64,000 bases of DNA. Source: Betaproteobacteria bacterium HGW-Betaproteobacteria-4. GTDB lineage: Bacteria; Pseudomonadota; Gammaproteobacteria; Burkholderiales; Rhodocyclaceae. The stretch is from the NCBI GenBank assembly GCA_002840785.1, contig PHCH01000004.1, positions 24,204-88,203 on the forward strand, written 5' to 3'. The position numbers and the translations under genes were made by a program. Each line of letters begins with the position of its first letter. Position 1 is the stretch's first letter. Positions 28,756-36,752 of the stretch are shown one piece after another. The notes under the pieces were generated by a model. It saw only the letters and a list, made by a program, of their open reading frames with translations, had not been told where the DNA came from and searched no databases.

Positions 28756-29631
28756 TCAGGCGTCAAGTGAGTTCATGGTCACGATGCTCTGGAACTGCTC
28801 GAAGATATCTAGGCGCTGCTGCGCGATGAACCGACTGACCGCTTCATTTGCCAGTAACTTGCTCAGGTAGCCTTGGGCAACGACTAGATTCAATACGTCG
28901 TCGGCGTAGCTATCCTCTATGAGCTTGTATTGGCCTTGGAGGTTTTGCATTTCCCGCTCCATGCGGTCCATCTGTTCAGGTGTCACACCACGCATATTCG
29001 GCTTGCTGCCCTCCACCAAAAGCTCCACTGACGTGGTGGCCAGTAGGGCCTCGGCGTAATTCACGGTGAGACTGTTGGCCGTGAGCATCAGGTCTATGCA
29101 TTCGATTTGCCGCGTTGCCTTCATCTTGCGCAACAGGCGTGAGATTTCCGGGGAAAACTGTCGGTCTTTAAGCATCGCTGCTGCCTCTGGGCAGATGCCA
29201 TCAAGGAGTTTCAGTTTCTTCAACAGACTGCTGAAATCGATGTTGAGGGTCTGGGCTAATCTCTCCCGGGAAACGCCCTTGGCAACGGCTTCCTGCAGCA
29301 TCCGTGTTTCCTGGATGGTTGATAGCCGATTGATGCGCGTGTTGTAGGTGTAGGCTTCATCGTCAGACGCCAGCAAACAAGGGGCTGTCGCTGCACCTAA
29401 TTGGTGGAGTGCCTGGAGACGGACATGGCCATCCAATAACAGATATTGCGCTTCAGTGGCATCGGCCAGGGTGACCGATAGTGGTTCAATGATACCGACG
29501 CTCTGGATAGAACTCACTATCTGCCGGAATTTCACGGTGCCCTGCAGCACAGGAAGTCGTCGCGACGGCAGAAGTTTATCCAGGGGAACCTGCATCACCT
29601 CTGGAACAAAAGCTTGCGGTACGTTGCTCAT
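28756..29631 (-). CDS. ParB/RepB-like protein 2
   Basis: IQSVGIIEPL...LLLDGHVRLQAL ParB N-domain; RepB-like C-terminal region; ATGA overlap with the upstream gene. Confidence 0.85.
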   Translation of the reverse strand: MSNVPQAFVPEVMQVPLDKLLPSRRLPVLQGTVKFRQIVSSIQSVGIIEPLSVTLADATEAQYLLLDGHVRLQALHQLGAATAPCLLASDDEAYTYNTRINRLSTIQETRMLQEAVAKGVSRERLAQTLNIDFSSLLKKLKLLDGICPEAAAMLKDRQFSPEISRLLRKMKATRQIECIDLMLTANSLTVNYAEALLATTSVELLVEGSKPNMRGVTPEQMDRMEREMQNLQGQYKLIEDSYADDVLNLVVAQGYLSKLLANEAVSRFIAQQRLDIFEQFQSIVTMNSLDA

Positions 29632-30530
29632 CGACGCACCCGGTCAGGCCAGACGCGTTCCGCCAGATACATCGGCATTACGTCGAGTTGCTCGGCTCGT
29701 AAGAGATTCACGAAATGCTCGTTGCCCAGGAGTTGGCGTAACGCGCTGGTTACAAAAAGTAGGCGCTTCTGGGTCAGGTCAGCTTTGCGCAAAATGAGCT
29801 TCTTACGTTCGACCTCTTTCTCGTAGACTCGCACCAAACTTGCCGAGCTGACGTCAGCGCTCCCACGTTTGGTACGGTGATAGGCAGATGGACCCAAGCT
29901 GCGTCGTCGTTCGACAATACGACGTACTTGGGACAGCTTGTTGCCCCTTAATGCGCCGGACTCATAGGCTTCCTGCATGGCAGTCTGTAGTGCTGCATCA
30001 TCTTGACCGGCGCTAACGATGTCGAGTGCCGTATTGAGCGGAACCAGCCCCCTCTCTACCGCCATGAGCAGCCGCTCTTCCCCGCAACTCAGTAGACTCA
30101 GGATGCCGGATATATAGCGTGCTGAGAGGGAGGTTTTGCGGCCAATATCCGCTGGACTGTAGCCCCGTTCTGCGAGTTGGCGAATGCTCGCCAGGATTTC
30201 CAGGGGGCGGTACTGACGTCGGGCAATGTTTTCAACAAGGCTCATGATGTAGGCGTCCTCGTTGCTGACATCCATGACCAAGGCAGGAATATGGGACTCA
30301 CCCAGAATCCGGAATGCGGTCAGGCGTCCTTCTCCACACACCAGGGCAAAGGCAGGAAGCTTGTCTTCCGACGGCCGCGGGGTGACGACGATGGGCTTTT
30401 TGAGGCCGACGCTGCGAATGCTTTCGACGATGCTCTCAAATCCGCGCTGGTTGCGGTCGCGTGGATTGAGCACCTGGATACGGTCGACAGGCACTTGCCT
30501 GACCTGGCTGGTATCGAACTCTGGATTCAT
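29628..30530 (-). CDS. ParB/RepB-like protein 1
   Basis: LNPRDRN...IRSVGLKKPIVV...LVCGEGRL...SLVENIARR. Confidence 0.87.
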   Translation of the reverse strand: MNPEFDTSQVRQVPVDRIQVLNPRDRNQRGFESIVESIRSVGLKKPIVVTPRPSEDKLPAFALVCGEGRLTAFRILGESHIPALVMDVSNEDAYIMSLVENIARRQYRPLEILASIRQLAERGYSPADIGRKTSLSARYISGILSLLSCGEERLLMAVERGLVPLNTALDIVSAGQDDAALQTAMQEAYESGALRGNKLSQVRRIVERRRSLGPSAYHRTKRGSADVSSASLVRVYEKEVERKKLILRKADLTQKRLLFVTSALRQLLGNEHFVNLLRAEQLDVMPMYLAERVWPDRVRR

Positions 30531-32095
30531 GCGGCTCTCCGAATACGAAAGCGTTCTGCCATCCCGTATAAGTAATCCAGTGTTTCAAAGCGATAGCTGT
30601 CGAGTTCGAAGGCGTTCGATTCGGCCAGGCAAATCCGCTCCCGCCCGAAATCAAGGCGGGGGAGCAGGTAGTAGTCCAGCGCAGAACGGTTGTTCGGGTC
30701 CAGTCGGACAGCCACGGTGATATCCGGGCACAGGCTGGTATCGAAACGGATTTTCCAGCGCCGGCCACCTGCTTCCGTGGTGTGGCAACGCGCCAGCACA
30801 ATGGAAATACTGAATTCGTCGTTGATATCGAGGATGCCAGTCGCCGGGTCGCGGACGACAAGGCCGCCAAGCTCACCAATTCGCTGTTCCGTCTGGCTGA
30901 CTATCTCTGGATACATTTCCCTGAGGTAACGGTTTATTTCCAGGTAGCCGTAGTCACGGTCTGGCGTAAAACCCACCATCTGGTAAGCCCTGATGAGGCT
31001 GCCAAAGCGGTGGGCATAGACTGAAGTCGACGGCATGCCTTCGGTTTCGTTAATGACCAGCCCCGAAAGAAAGCCCCGGCTCTGATACAAGTCGCGTAAT
31101 CGTTCGAGCAAATCGTTATCGGAATACCGACGAAAGCGCGCCCGCATGATGCCCTGTGCGGTGTAGAACAGGGCCGAGGGCACAATCGCCTCAAATGCCC
31201 CTTCCTTGCGTAGCCACATGTCCGGTGTGTTGGTCACCCGGGTTTTCTTGAGCTTGAAGGAAATCCGGTTATAGATGTTGTTGCCGATATATTTTTCGTT
31301 GGTTAGCACCTCGCTCACGGTTGACCGGGTCCAGGCCCGGTCGAGGTCTGTGCGAATGCCCGTACTATTGAGACGTGCGGCAATATGGAATTCGGACAAT
31401 CCTTCCTCGATGAACCAGCGATAAATATTGTTGACCGTGCGGACCTCATCTTCCGGTCCCGGCACCAGTATTACTCGGTCAGTCTGCAGGCTTTTGTGCT
31501 CCCCCCGGGCCAGTTCTGCCTTGTGGTGGCCATGTTGGTCGACAAGTACGCGGCGCAAGCCGTATCCGGCCGGGCCACCTTGCCGATATCCCAGTTCGAT
31601 GAGCCGGCATTGCCCAGCGAAGACTTTGGCGGAAAGCTCCCGGCTGTACTCGCCGGCCATGGCCCGCTTGACCCCTTTGACGATGGTCGAGACGGGGGAA
31701 CCATCGTTCTCGAATTGCTCGGCGACATAGCTGACGAGGATGTTTTTCCGTTTGCAGATGTACTCGTAGTACGCCGATTCATCAGCATCCTGGAAACGGC
31801 CCCAGCGGCTGACGTCATACACTAGGATTAGGTTGAACTCTGCCTTGCCGGACTCAACATCGGCAATCAACTGCTGGAGAGCATGCCGACCATCGATACG
31901 AAGGCCGCTCTTGCCTTCGTCTGCATAGGTTTTGACGATTTCGATGCCGCGGCGCTGGGCGTACTCGCGGATTTTGTCCGCCTGGTTCTCGGTCGAGTAT
32001 TGTTGGTGCTCAGTCGACATCCGGACGTACTCTGCGGCCCGAAACAATACTGTCGGCCCCGCGCTATTGTTTTGCGGCAATTGGTGCTTACCCAT
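30527..32095 (-). CDS. Large serine recombinase
   Basis: AAEYVRMSTEHQQYS (catalytic Ser), YADEGKSG, DVSRWGRF, recombinase domain GGPAGYG...LTNEKYIG. Confidence 0.92.
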   Translation of the reverse strand: MGKHQLPQNNSAGPTVLFRAAEYVRMSTEHQQYSTENQADKIREYAQRRGIEIVKTYADEGKSGLRIDGRHALQQLIADVESGKAEFNLILVYDVSRWGRFQDADESAYYEYICKRKNILVSYVAEQFENDGSPVSTIVKGVKRAMAGEYSRELSAKVFAGQCRLIELGYRQGGPAGYGLRRVLVDQHGHHKAELARGEHKSLQTDRVILVPGPEDEVRTVNNIYRWFIEEGLSEFHIAARLNSTGIRTDLDRAWTRSTVSEVLTNEKYIGNNIYNRISFKLKKTRVTNTPDMWLRKEGAFEAIVPSALFYTAQGIMRARFRRYSDNDLLERLRDLYQSRGFLSGLVINETEGMPSTSVYAHRFGSLIRAYQMVGFTPDRDYGYLEINRYLREMYPEIVSQTEQRIGELGGLVVRDPATGILDINDEFSISIVLARCHTTEAGGRRWKIRFDTSLCPDITVAVRLDPNNRSALDYYLLPRLDFGRERICLAESNAFELDSYRFETLDYLYGMAERFRIRRAA

Positions 32096-32220
32096 GGTGT
32101 TCTCCGCCCTCCATAGACAGGTTCTGATTGAACCTGACTCGTCGACAAACCACTTAAAACAGAAGCTTGTCGCAAGCTAGCAAGAAAACATTCGCTTGGA
32201 TATGTAGGCGACAGTTGCAA

Positions 32221-32577
32221 TTAACCATCCGCTGGAAACGCAGACAGGACGCGGATTTCGACCAGCCACGCGTGCCCTTTTGCAATTCCGTCGCTGTCTA
32301 TACGTGTCAGAAGGTAGCGGCCAGGGGGCAATTGACCAATGTTGATGGTTTCCGGCTGCTCAGAAAAAACAGGGCAATTCGTGGGGAGCGTATTCCCTGG
32401 TGCTGGGGCTGGTGTGGGCAGGAGGCTATAGAACTCAGAGTCGGAATGACGTTGTGTCACCTTGGTGCGCCGGCGGCGCTCACGTTGACACTCCGTTTTT
32501 GAGCAATAACGTTGTTCGCGTGTTTGTGGGCAGGGTTTGAAATATTGGCCACACGCCAGACATTTCCTTGAAGGCAT
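32221..32577 (-). CDS. Small Zn-finger hypothetical protein, possibly internally deleted (118 aa)
   Basis: GGAG SD; MPSRKCLACGQYFKP...RYCSKTECQRERRRR. Confidence 0.55.
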   Translation of the reverse strand: MPSRKCLACGQYFKPCPQTREQRYCSKTECQRERRRRTKVTQRHSDSEFYSLLPTPAPAPGNTLPTNCPVFSEQPETINIGQLPPGRYLLTRIDSDGIAKGHAWLVEIRVLSAFPADG

Positions 32578-32712
32578 CGAGAGCTCCGTGCATGTAACAA
32601 AGCACGAATTCACAGGATATTTAGGAAACAGTAGATACGAAGCTGCCGGGCAATACCAATGGATGCATTCGGGCAGTGCCGCTCAGTTGATTGCTTCAGT
32701 AGGCGCGGCTCG

Positions 32713-33171
32713 TTAAATGCCCAGCTTTGTTTTTACTTTGCTCCAAGCGCCAACATGGCTCGGGGGTATCGACGTTTTCTTTATTGATACCACACCGGGT
32801 TTATCGTAATCCTTGCCGTGCTTTTGCCGATAACGTTGGTTATACGCTTCGTGGTCCGGAAGAACGAGCGCCCGAAGCTCAGCGCTTGTGAGCACGTGAT
32901 ATAGCGGAGACTGCTCTTCATCTTCCGGCAGAAATACCAATACCCAGATATCTTCGCTGTTTTCCGGAAGCTGCCCGCCAAGAACCCATTTCTGTTGCGA
33001 TGTGGTTTTGACCTCCAGCGAAGCCGCGACCTCGCCGTACACAGCGATTACGTCAGCTTTCTTTGCGTTGCCATAAGTTACGGCTGCCGTCATTCCACGC
33101 CGAAGCAACTCGCCGGCGACTAAGAACTCGCCGGCGAGTCCTAATGAATGTTTTCGTGATTGATTAGACAT
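32713..33171 (-). CDS. Stand-alone PD-(D/E)XK nuclease-fold protein
   Basis: AGEFLVAGELLRRG...NAKKADVIA...LEVKTT. Confidence 0.75.
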   Translation of the reverse strand: MSNQSRKHSLGLAGEFLVAGELLRRGMTAAVTYGNAKKADVIAVYGEVAASLEVKTTSQQKWVLGGQLPENSEDIWVLVFLPEDEEQSPLYHVLTSAELRALVLPDHEAYNQRYRQKHGKDYDKPGVVSIKKTSIPPSHVGAWSKVKTKLGI

Positions 33172-33253
33172 GGAAGGGTTGGTTTCCGTCGATGAACTTC
33201 CGTTGCAGCATGTTGCCAGATGTCATCAGAGTTCAACAACAGGCGGATGCACC

Positions 33254-33466
33254 ATGCAAAGTTTGACTTTCAAAATCACAGGTCTCAAAGACGAGACCTG
33301 CGTGCGTACCTTGGCTAATGCCATTCAAGACCTTCCAAATATCGGGCATATCGAGATTTCACTGGAAAAAGGAGAAGCCAATATCGAGCACGGCAGATTC
33401 GTTAGTTCGGATGACATTACTCAGGCCATTGTTGATGCCGGATTCGAAGCTGAATGCTTGGGTTGA
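33254..33466 (+). CDS. HMA (CopZ-like) domain protein with a degenerate metal motif (70 aa)
   Basis: Ferredoxin-like pattern FKITGLKDETCVRTL...AIVDAGFEA; DxxC instead of CxxC. Confidence 0.75.
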   Translation: MQSLTFKITGLKDETCVRTLANAIQDLPNIGHIEISLEKGEANIEHGRFVSSDDITQAIVDAGFEAECLG

Positions 33467-33559
33467 ATGCATTCCAATTTTCGTCGGCTTGAAATGGGAT
33501 TGTTGTAGTGGTTTAGCCAATCGCATTATCCTGCCCTGATTCATCTCTGAAAGCCCCCC

Positions 33560-34018
33560 ATGCGCGCAATCGGCAATTTTCTGTGGTTCATCCTCGGCGG
33601 GGTCCTGATGGGATTGGGCTGGTGGCTTGTCGGCCTCCTATGCTTTCTTACCATCGTCGGCATTCCCTGGGGTAAGGCCTGCTTTGTAATTGGCCAGTTC
33701 ACCTTCTTCCCGTTTGGCAAGGAAGCCATCAGTCGCAAGGAATTGTCGAATCAAGGTGACATTGGGACGGGCGCCATGGGGCTGGTGGGGAACATTCTCT
33801 GGTTCATCTTCGCCGGCATCTGGCTGGCCATTGGTCATGTTCTGTCGGCACTTGCCTGCGCCATCACCATCATAGGCATCCCGTTTGCCATCCAGCACCT
33901 TAAACTAGCCGGTATTGCCTTGGCCCCCATCGGTAAAGCGATTGTGACCAAGGAGGTCGCCGAGGCCGCACGCCGCCGAAATGCTGAAATTTCGGTTTCG
34001 CAGCTGCGAGGCGGCTAA
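33560..34018 (+). CDS. yccF: YccF-domain inner membrane protein
   Basis: Duplicated GNxLWFIxxG...TIxGIP DUF307 repeats. Confidence 0.9.
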   Translation: MRAIGNFLWFILGGVLMGLGWWLVGLLCFLTIVGIPWGKACFVIGQFTFFPFGKEAISRKELSNQGDIGTGAMGLVGNILWFIFAGIWLAIGHVLSALACAITIIGIPFAIQHLKLAGIALAPIGKAIVTKEVAEAARRRNAEISVSQLRGG

Positions 34019-34054
34019 CCATCATCCCCAATGCACCCCTTGTAAGAGCCACTG

Positions 34055-34993
34055 ATGCCTGTCTCGCTTGACGGAAAACTTGTAGTCGCCATCTCTTCCA
34101 GAGCCCTGTTTAATTTCGAGGACGAAAACCAGGTCTTTGATGACCGTAACGATATTCCGTACATGAAACTGCAGCTCGAGCGACTCGATATCCCGGCAGA
34201 ACTGGGTGTGGCATTTCCCCTCATCAAGAAGCTCCTGGCATTCAACACAGAGGCGTTGCAGCGAGTGGAGGTGGCCATCCTGTCCCGAAATGACCCTGTC
34301 AGTGGGCTTCGCGTCCTGGCCTCGTCAAAACACCATGGCCTTGCGTTGGAGCGTGCAATCTTTACGCGCGGCGCACCGCCGCATCGTTACCTCAAACCAC
34401 TCAATGCCAATCTGTTTCTGTCGGCGAATGGTGAGGATGTCCGTGATGCCTTGAATCACGAATTTCCCGCTGCACAGGTTTACCCGCAGTCGGTCAGCGA
34501 TGCATCGCGCAATCCAAGCGAGATTCGCATCGCCTTCGACGGCGACTCGGTCCTGTTCAGCGATGAGGCTGAGCGCATTTTTCATCTGGGCAACTTGGAC
34601 AAGTTTCAGGCGCATGAGATAGAGAAGGCCAAGATTCCCTTGCCGCCTGGGCCCTTCAAACCATTCTTGAGCGCACTTCAAGGACTACAACGTGCTGGCA
34701 ATGATGTGCCCATGCGTGTCCGCACCGCATTGGTGACCGCCCGTAGCGCGCCAGCCCATGAGCGGGCAATTCGGACCTTGATGTCTTGGGACATTGCCGT
34801 AGATGAGGCGATGTTCTTGGGAGGCCTCGACAAAGGCCCCTTCCTGAATGAGTTCGAGCCGGATTTTTTCTTCGATGACCAGGCCAGGCATTGCGAGTCG
34901 GCGGCGCTGGTCGGTCCTGCCGGACAGGTACTTTATGGGGTCAAAAATATCCAAAACATGCTGGAATCTGAAGTTGCACCAGCAACATCTTAA
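34055..34993 (+). CDS. 5'-nucleotidase (PF06189-type)
   Basis: LVVAISSRALF, RIAFDGDSVLF, ALVTARSAPAHER, FFDDQ. Confidence 0.9.
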   Translation: MPVSLDGKLVVAISSRALFNFEDENQVFDDRNDIPYMKLQLERLDIPAELGVAFPLIKKLLAFNTEALQRVEVAILSRNDPVSGLRVLASSKHHGLALERAIFTRGAPPHRYLKPLNANLFLSANGEDVRDALNHEFPAAQVYPQSVSDASRNPSEIRIAFDGDSVLFSDEAERIFHLGNLDKFQAHEIEKAKIPLPPGPFKPFLSALQGLQRAGNDVPMRVRTALVTARSAPAHERAIRTLMSWDIAVDEAMFLGGLDKGPFLNEFEPDFFFDDQARHCESAALVGPAGQVLYGVKNIQNMLESEVAPATS

Positions 34994-35043
34994 TATCAGG
35001 TGACTTGCCTTCAATCTGCACTGTCGTGACAAGCAGACTAGCC

Positions 35044-35160
35044 ATCTTCTCACTATCTTCTCAGAAACTTGGAAGATAAGGCTGTCTTACAACATTCTTC
35101 CAAGTAAGTTAGAAGTTAGCCTATTTTGCAAGCTATCTTCTATCTTCCGACGTTATCCTC
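35044..35160. repeat. Imperfect 24-bp inverted repeat plus TATCTTC array
   Basis: 35053-35076 vs 35096-35119 match 19/24 as reverse complement (core ACTTGGAAGA/TCTTCCAAGT perfect); TATCTTC at 35054, 35134, 35141 and reversed at 35072. Confidence 0.75.
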
Positions 35161-35391
35161 GAGGTTGCGGGCAAGGTTTGAAAAACCGGTCGCGGGACAG
35201 ACAATTTTCGAGTGAGAGTGACGAACTTGTGCATGTGGCAAGGCAGGAATTCACGGCTTATTCCGTGTGAACTTGGGGCGGGCTTATTGGCAGCCTGAGC
35301 CTTGAAAAATCGGTGTGTGGTGCCTAAGGTGAAGTTGTCGATTCAATAACCTTCCGCTATCGCTAATAAGTGCAGTTGGCGAGGAGGTAAT

Positions 35392-35531
35392 GACTTTATT
35401 CTTGATGCTTGAGCAAGAAGGGTGATGGGCACCCCAAAAATGCATGACTTTATTTTGACGCCTTCATCGCAGGCGTTGCTAAGTGCTTGAATCGCGGCGC
35501 ACTCAAGTTACGACTTTATTTTCGCTACCCA
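35392..35531 (-). repeat. Tn7-like transposon end (left-end architecture) with three TnsB boxes
   Basis: GACTTTATT at 35392-35400, 35446-35454, 35512-35520; reads TGGGTAGCGAA-AATAAAGTC from 35531, the same 11-bp offset as the Tn7 end TGTGGGCGGAC-AATAAAGTC. Confidence 0.75.
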
Positions 35532-35555
35532 GCTAGTGTCCAGAGCGGCGCTACG

Positions 35556-36596
35556 CTAGAACAATTCGACTTCGCCTTTGGCGATTTCCTTGATGGCCAC
35601 GTCGCCTGAGGCGACCAGCTTTTCGTAGCAATCGACCCGGTTTCGACCATTGCGCTTGGCGAAATAGAGCGCCTCATCGGCGCGGTCGATGACGTCGGTT
35701 GGGGTGTCGTTCGGCATCAGGGCGCTGAAACCGATGCTGACGGTGATTTGCCCGACCCGGCTGAACACCTGTTTTTCGACATTGGCCCGGAAACGTTCGA
35801 GCGTCGCAATGGCGAACTGTTCTTCGGTTGGCTGGAGCAGGGCGATGAATTCCTCGCCGCCAAAACGGAATAGCTGGTCGTCGAAGCGGAAGGATTGCCG
35901 CATTTCCTGAGCCATCAGGATCAACACTTCATCGCCGATCAGGTGGCCGAAATTGTCGTTGACCTGCTTGAAGTGGTCGATGTCGCAGACAGCCAGCCAG
36001 TGGCTGCTGCCGGGGGTGCCGCGCCGCCGGCTTTCCGGGCCGCCCAGCATCTCGTCGCTGGCTGCCTTGCCGAGCAGTTCAAACAGGTGTTTGTCGAAGG
36101 TCTTGCGGCTGGCCAGGCCGGTCAGCGTATCGGCCTCACCGTAATCGAGCAGCGAAATGTGGTTGCCGAAATATTCGATCAGGCCCATCAGGGTGACCCG
36201 ATGGTCGGCCGAGAACTCGTCCGAAAGGGTGAGTTCGATCAAGTAGACCGGTTCGTCGAGACGGATGACTGGAAAAACGATGCGATGCGTGCCGTCGTCG
36301 AGAAAGTCGATGACTGGCGAGAGTTCCTTGCGACAGCGTTTGAGCAGAGGGTCGCGCTCAATCGGATGGCAGTAGTGGTGGTCGGGCAGGTAGGCGTTGC
36401 GCAGGAACTGGCCATTCGGGCCGTAGCCGGCACAGGCAAAAACCATCGCTTTCTTGTTGCCGGTGTAGCAGCGGTAGATGACCAGGTGCTGCGGGTGAAA
36501 AAGGTCGAGCAGGGTATCAACCATGGCCGAATTGATCTCGGTGCGGTCGCGGCGTGCCGAGATCTGGACAACATGGCTGATCAGTTCAAGCATCAA
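35556..36596 (-). CDS. Diguanylate cyclase (N-terminal sensory domain + GGDEF)
   Basis: DTLTGLASR, DIDHFKQVNDNFGHLIGD, RFDD I-site five residues before GGEEF. Confidence 0.92.
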   Translation of the reverse strand: MMLELISHVVQISARRDRTEINSAMVDTLLDLFHPQHLVIYRCYTGNKKAMVFACAGYGPNGQFLRNAYLPDHHYCHPIERDPLLKRCRKELSPVIDFLDDGTHRIVFPVIRLDEPVYLIELTLSDEFSADHRVTLMGLIEYFGNHISLLDYGEADTLTGLASRKTFDKHLFELLGKAASDEMLGGPESRRRGTPGSSHWLAVCDIDHFKQVNDNFGHLIGDEVLILMAQEMRQSFRFDDQLFRFGGEEFIALLQPTEEQFAIATLERFRANVEKQVFSRVGQITVSIGFSALMPNDTPTDVIDRADEALYFAKRNGRNRVDCYEKLVASGDVAIKEIAKGEVELF

Positions 36597-36752
36597 ATTG
36601 GGGGGGTATTTTGGGGAACTCGTTGATTATAGCGAAAACCCTTTGCCATTGTTTTGCGGCCGGCCCTGTTTCCGTCGATCCAATGCCATCGTCCGGTATC
36701 CGCCGGGGGGCTTGAATCGTTATAATTCAACGTTTTCCCCGATACTTTGCTT

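Larger units (their letters stand above)
1..35531. mobile_element. Tn7-like transposon / defence island; right-hand boundary at 35531, left boundary outside the window
   Basis: tnsABCD at 18234-24746; three TnsB-type boxes and terminal CA at 35392-35531; defence and MGE cargo; host-like genes start beyond 35531. Inclusion of 1-17.8 kb in the transposon is inferred because no terminal end was found just upstream of tnsA. Confidence 0.6.

Noticed and set aside
33172-33201. GGAAG-N20-CTTCC as another junction hairpin
   Set aside because: 5-bp stem and different loop size; too weak to group with the others
35556-35600. GGDEF 3' end as a pseudo-glmS attTn7
   Set aside because: The AK codons are one codon out of register with glmS PRNLAKSVTVE and the rest does not match
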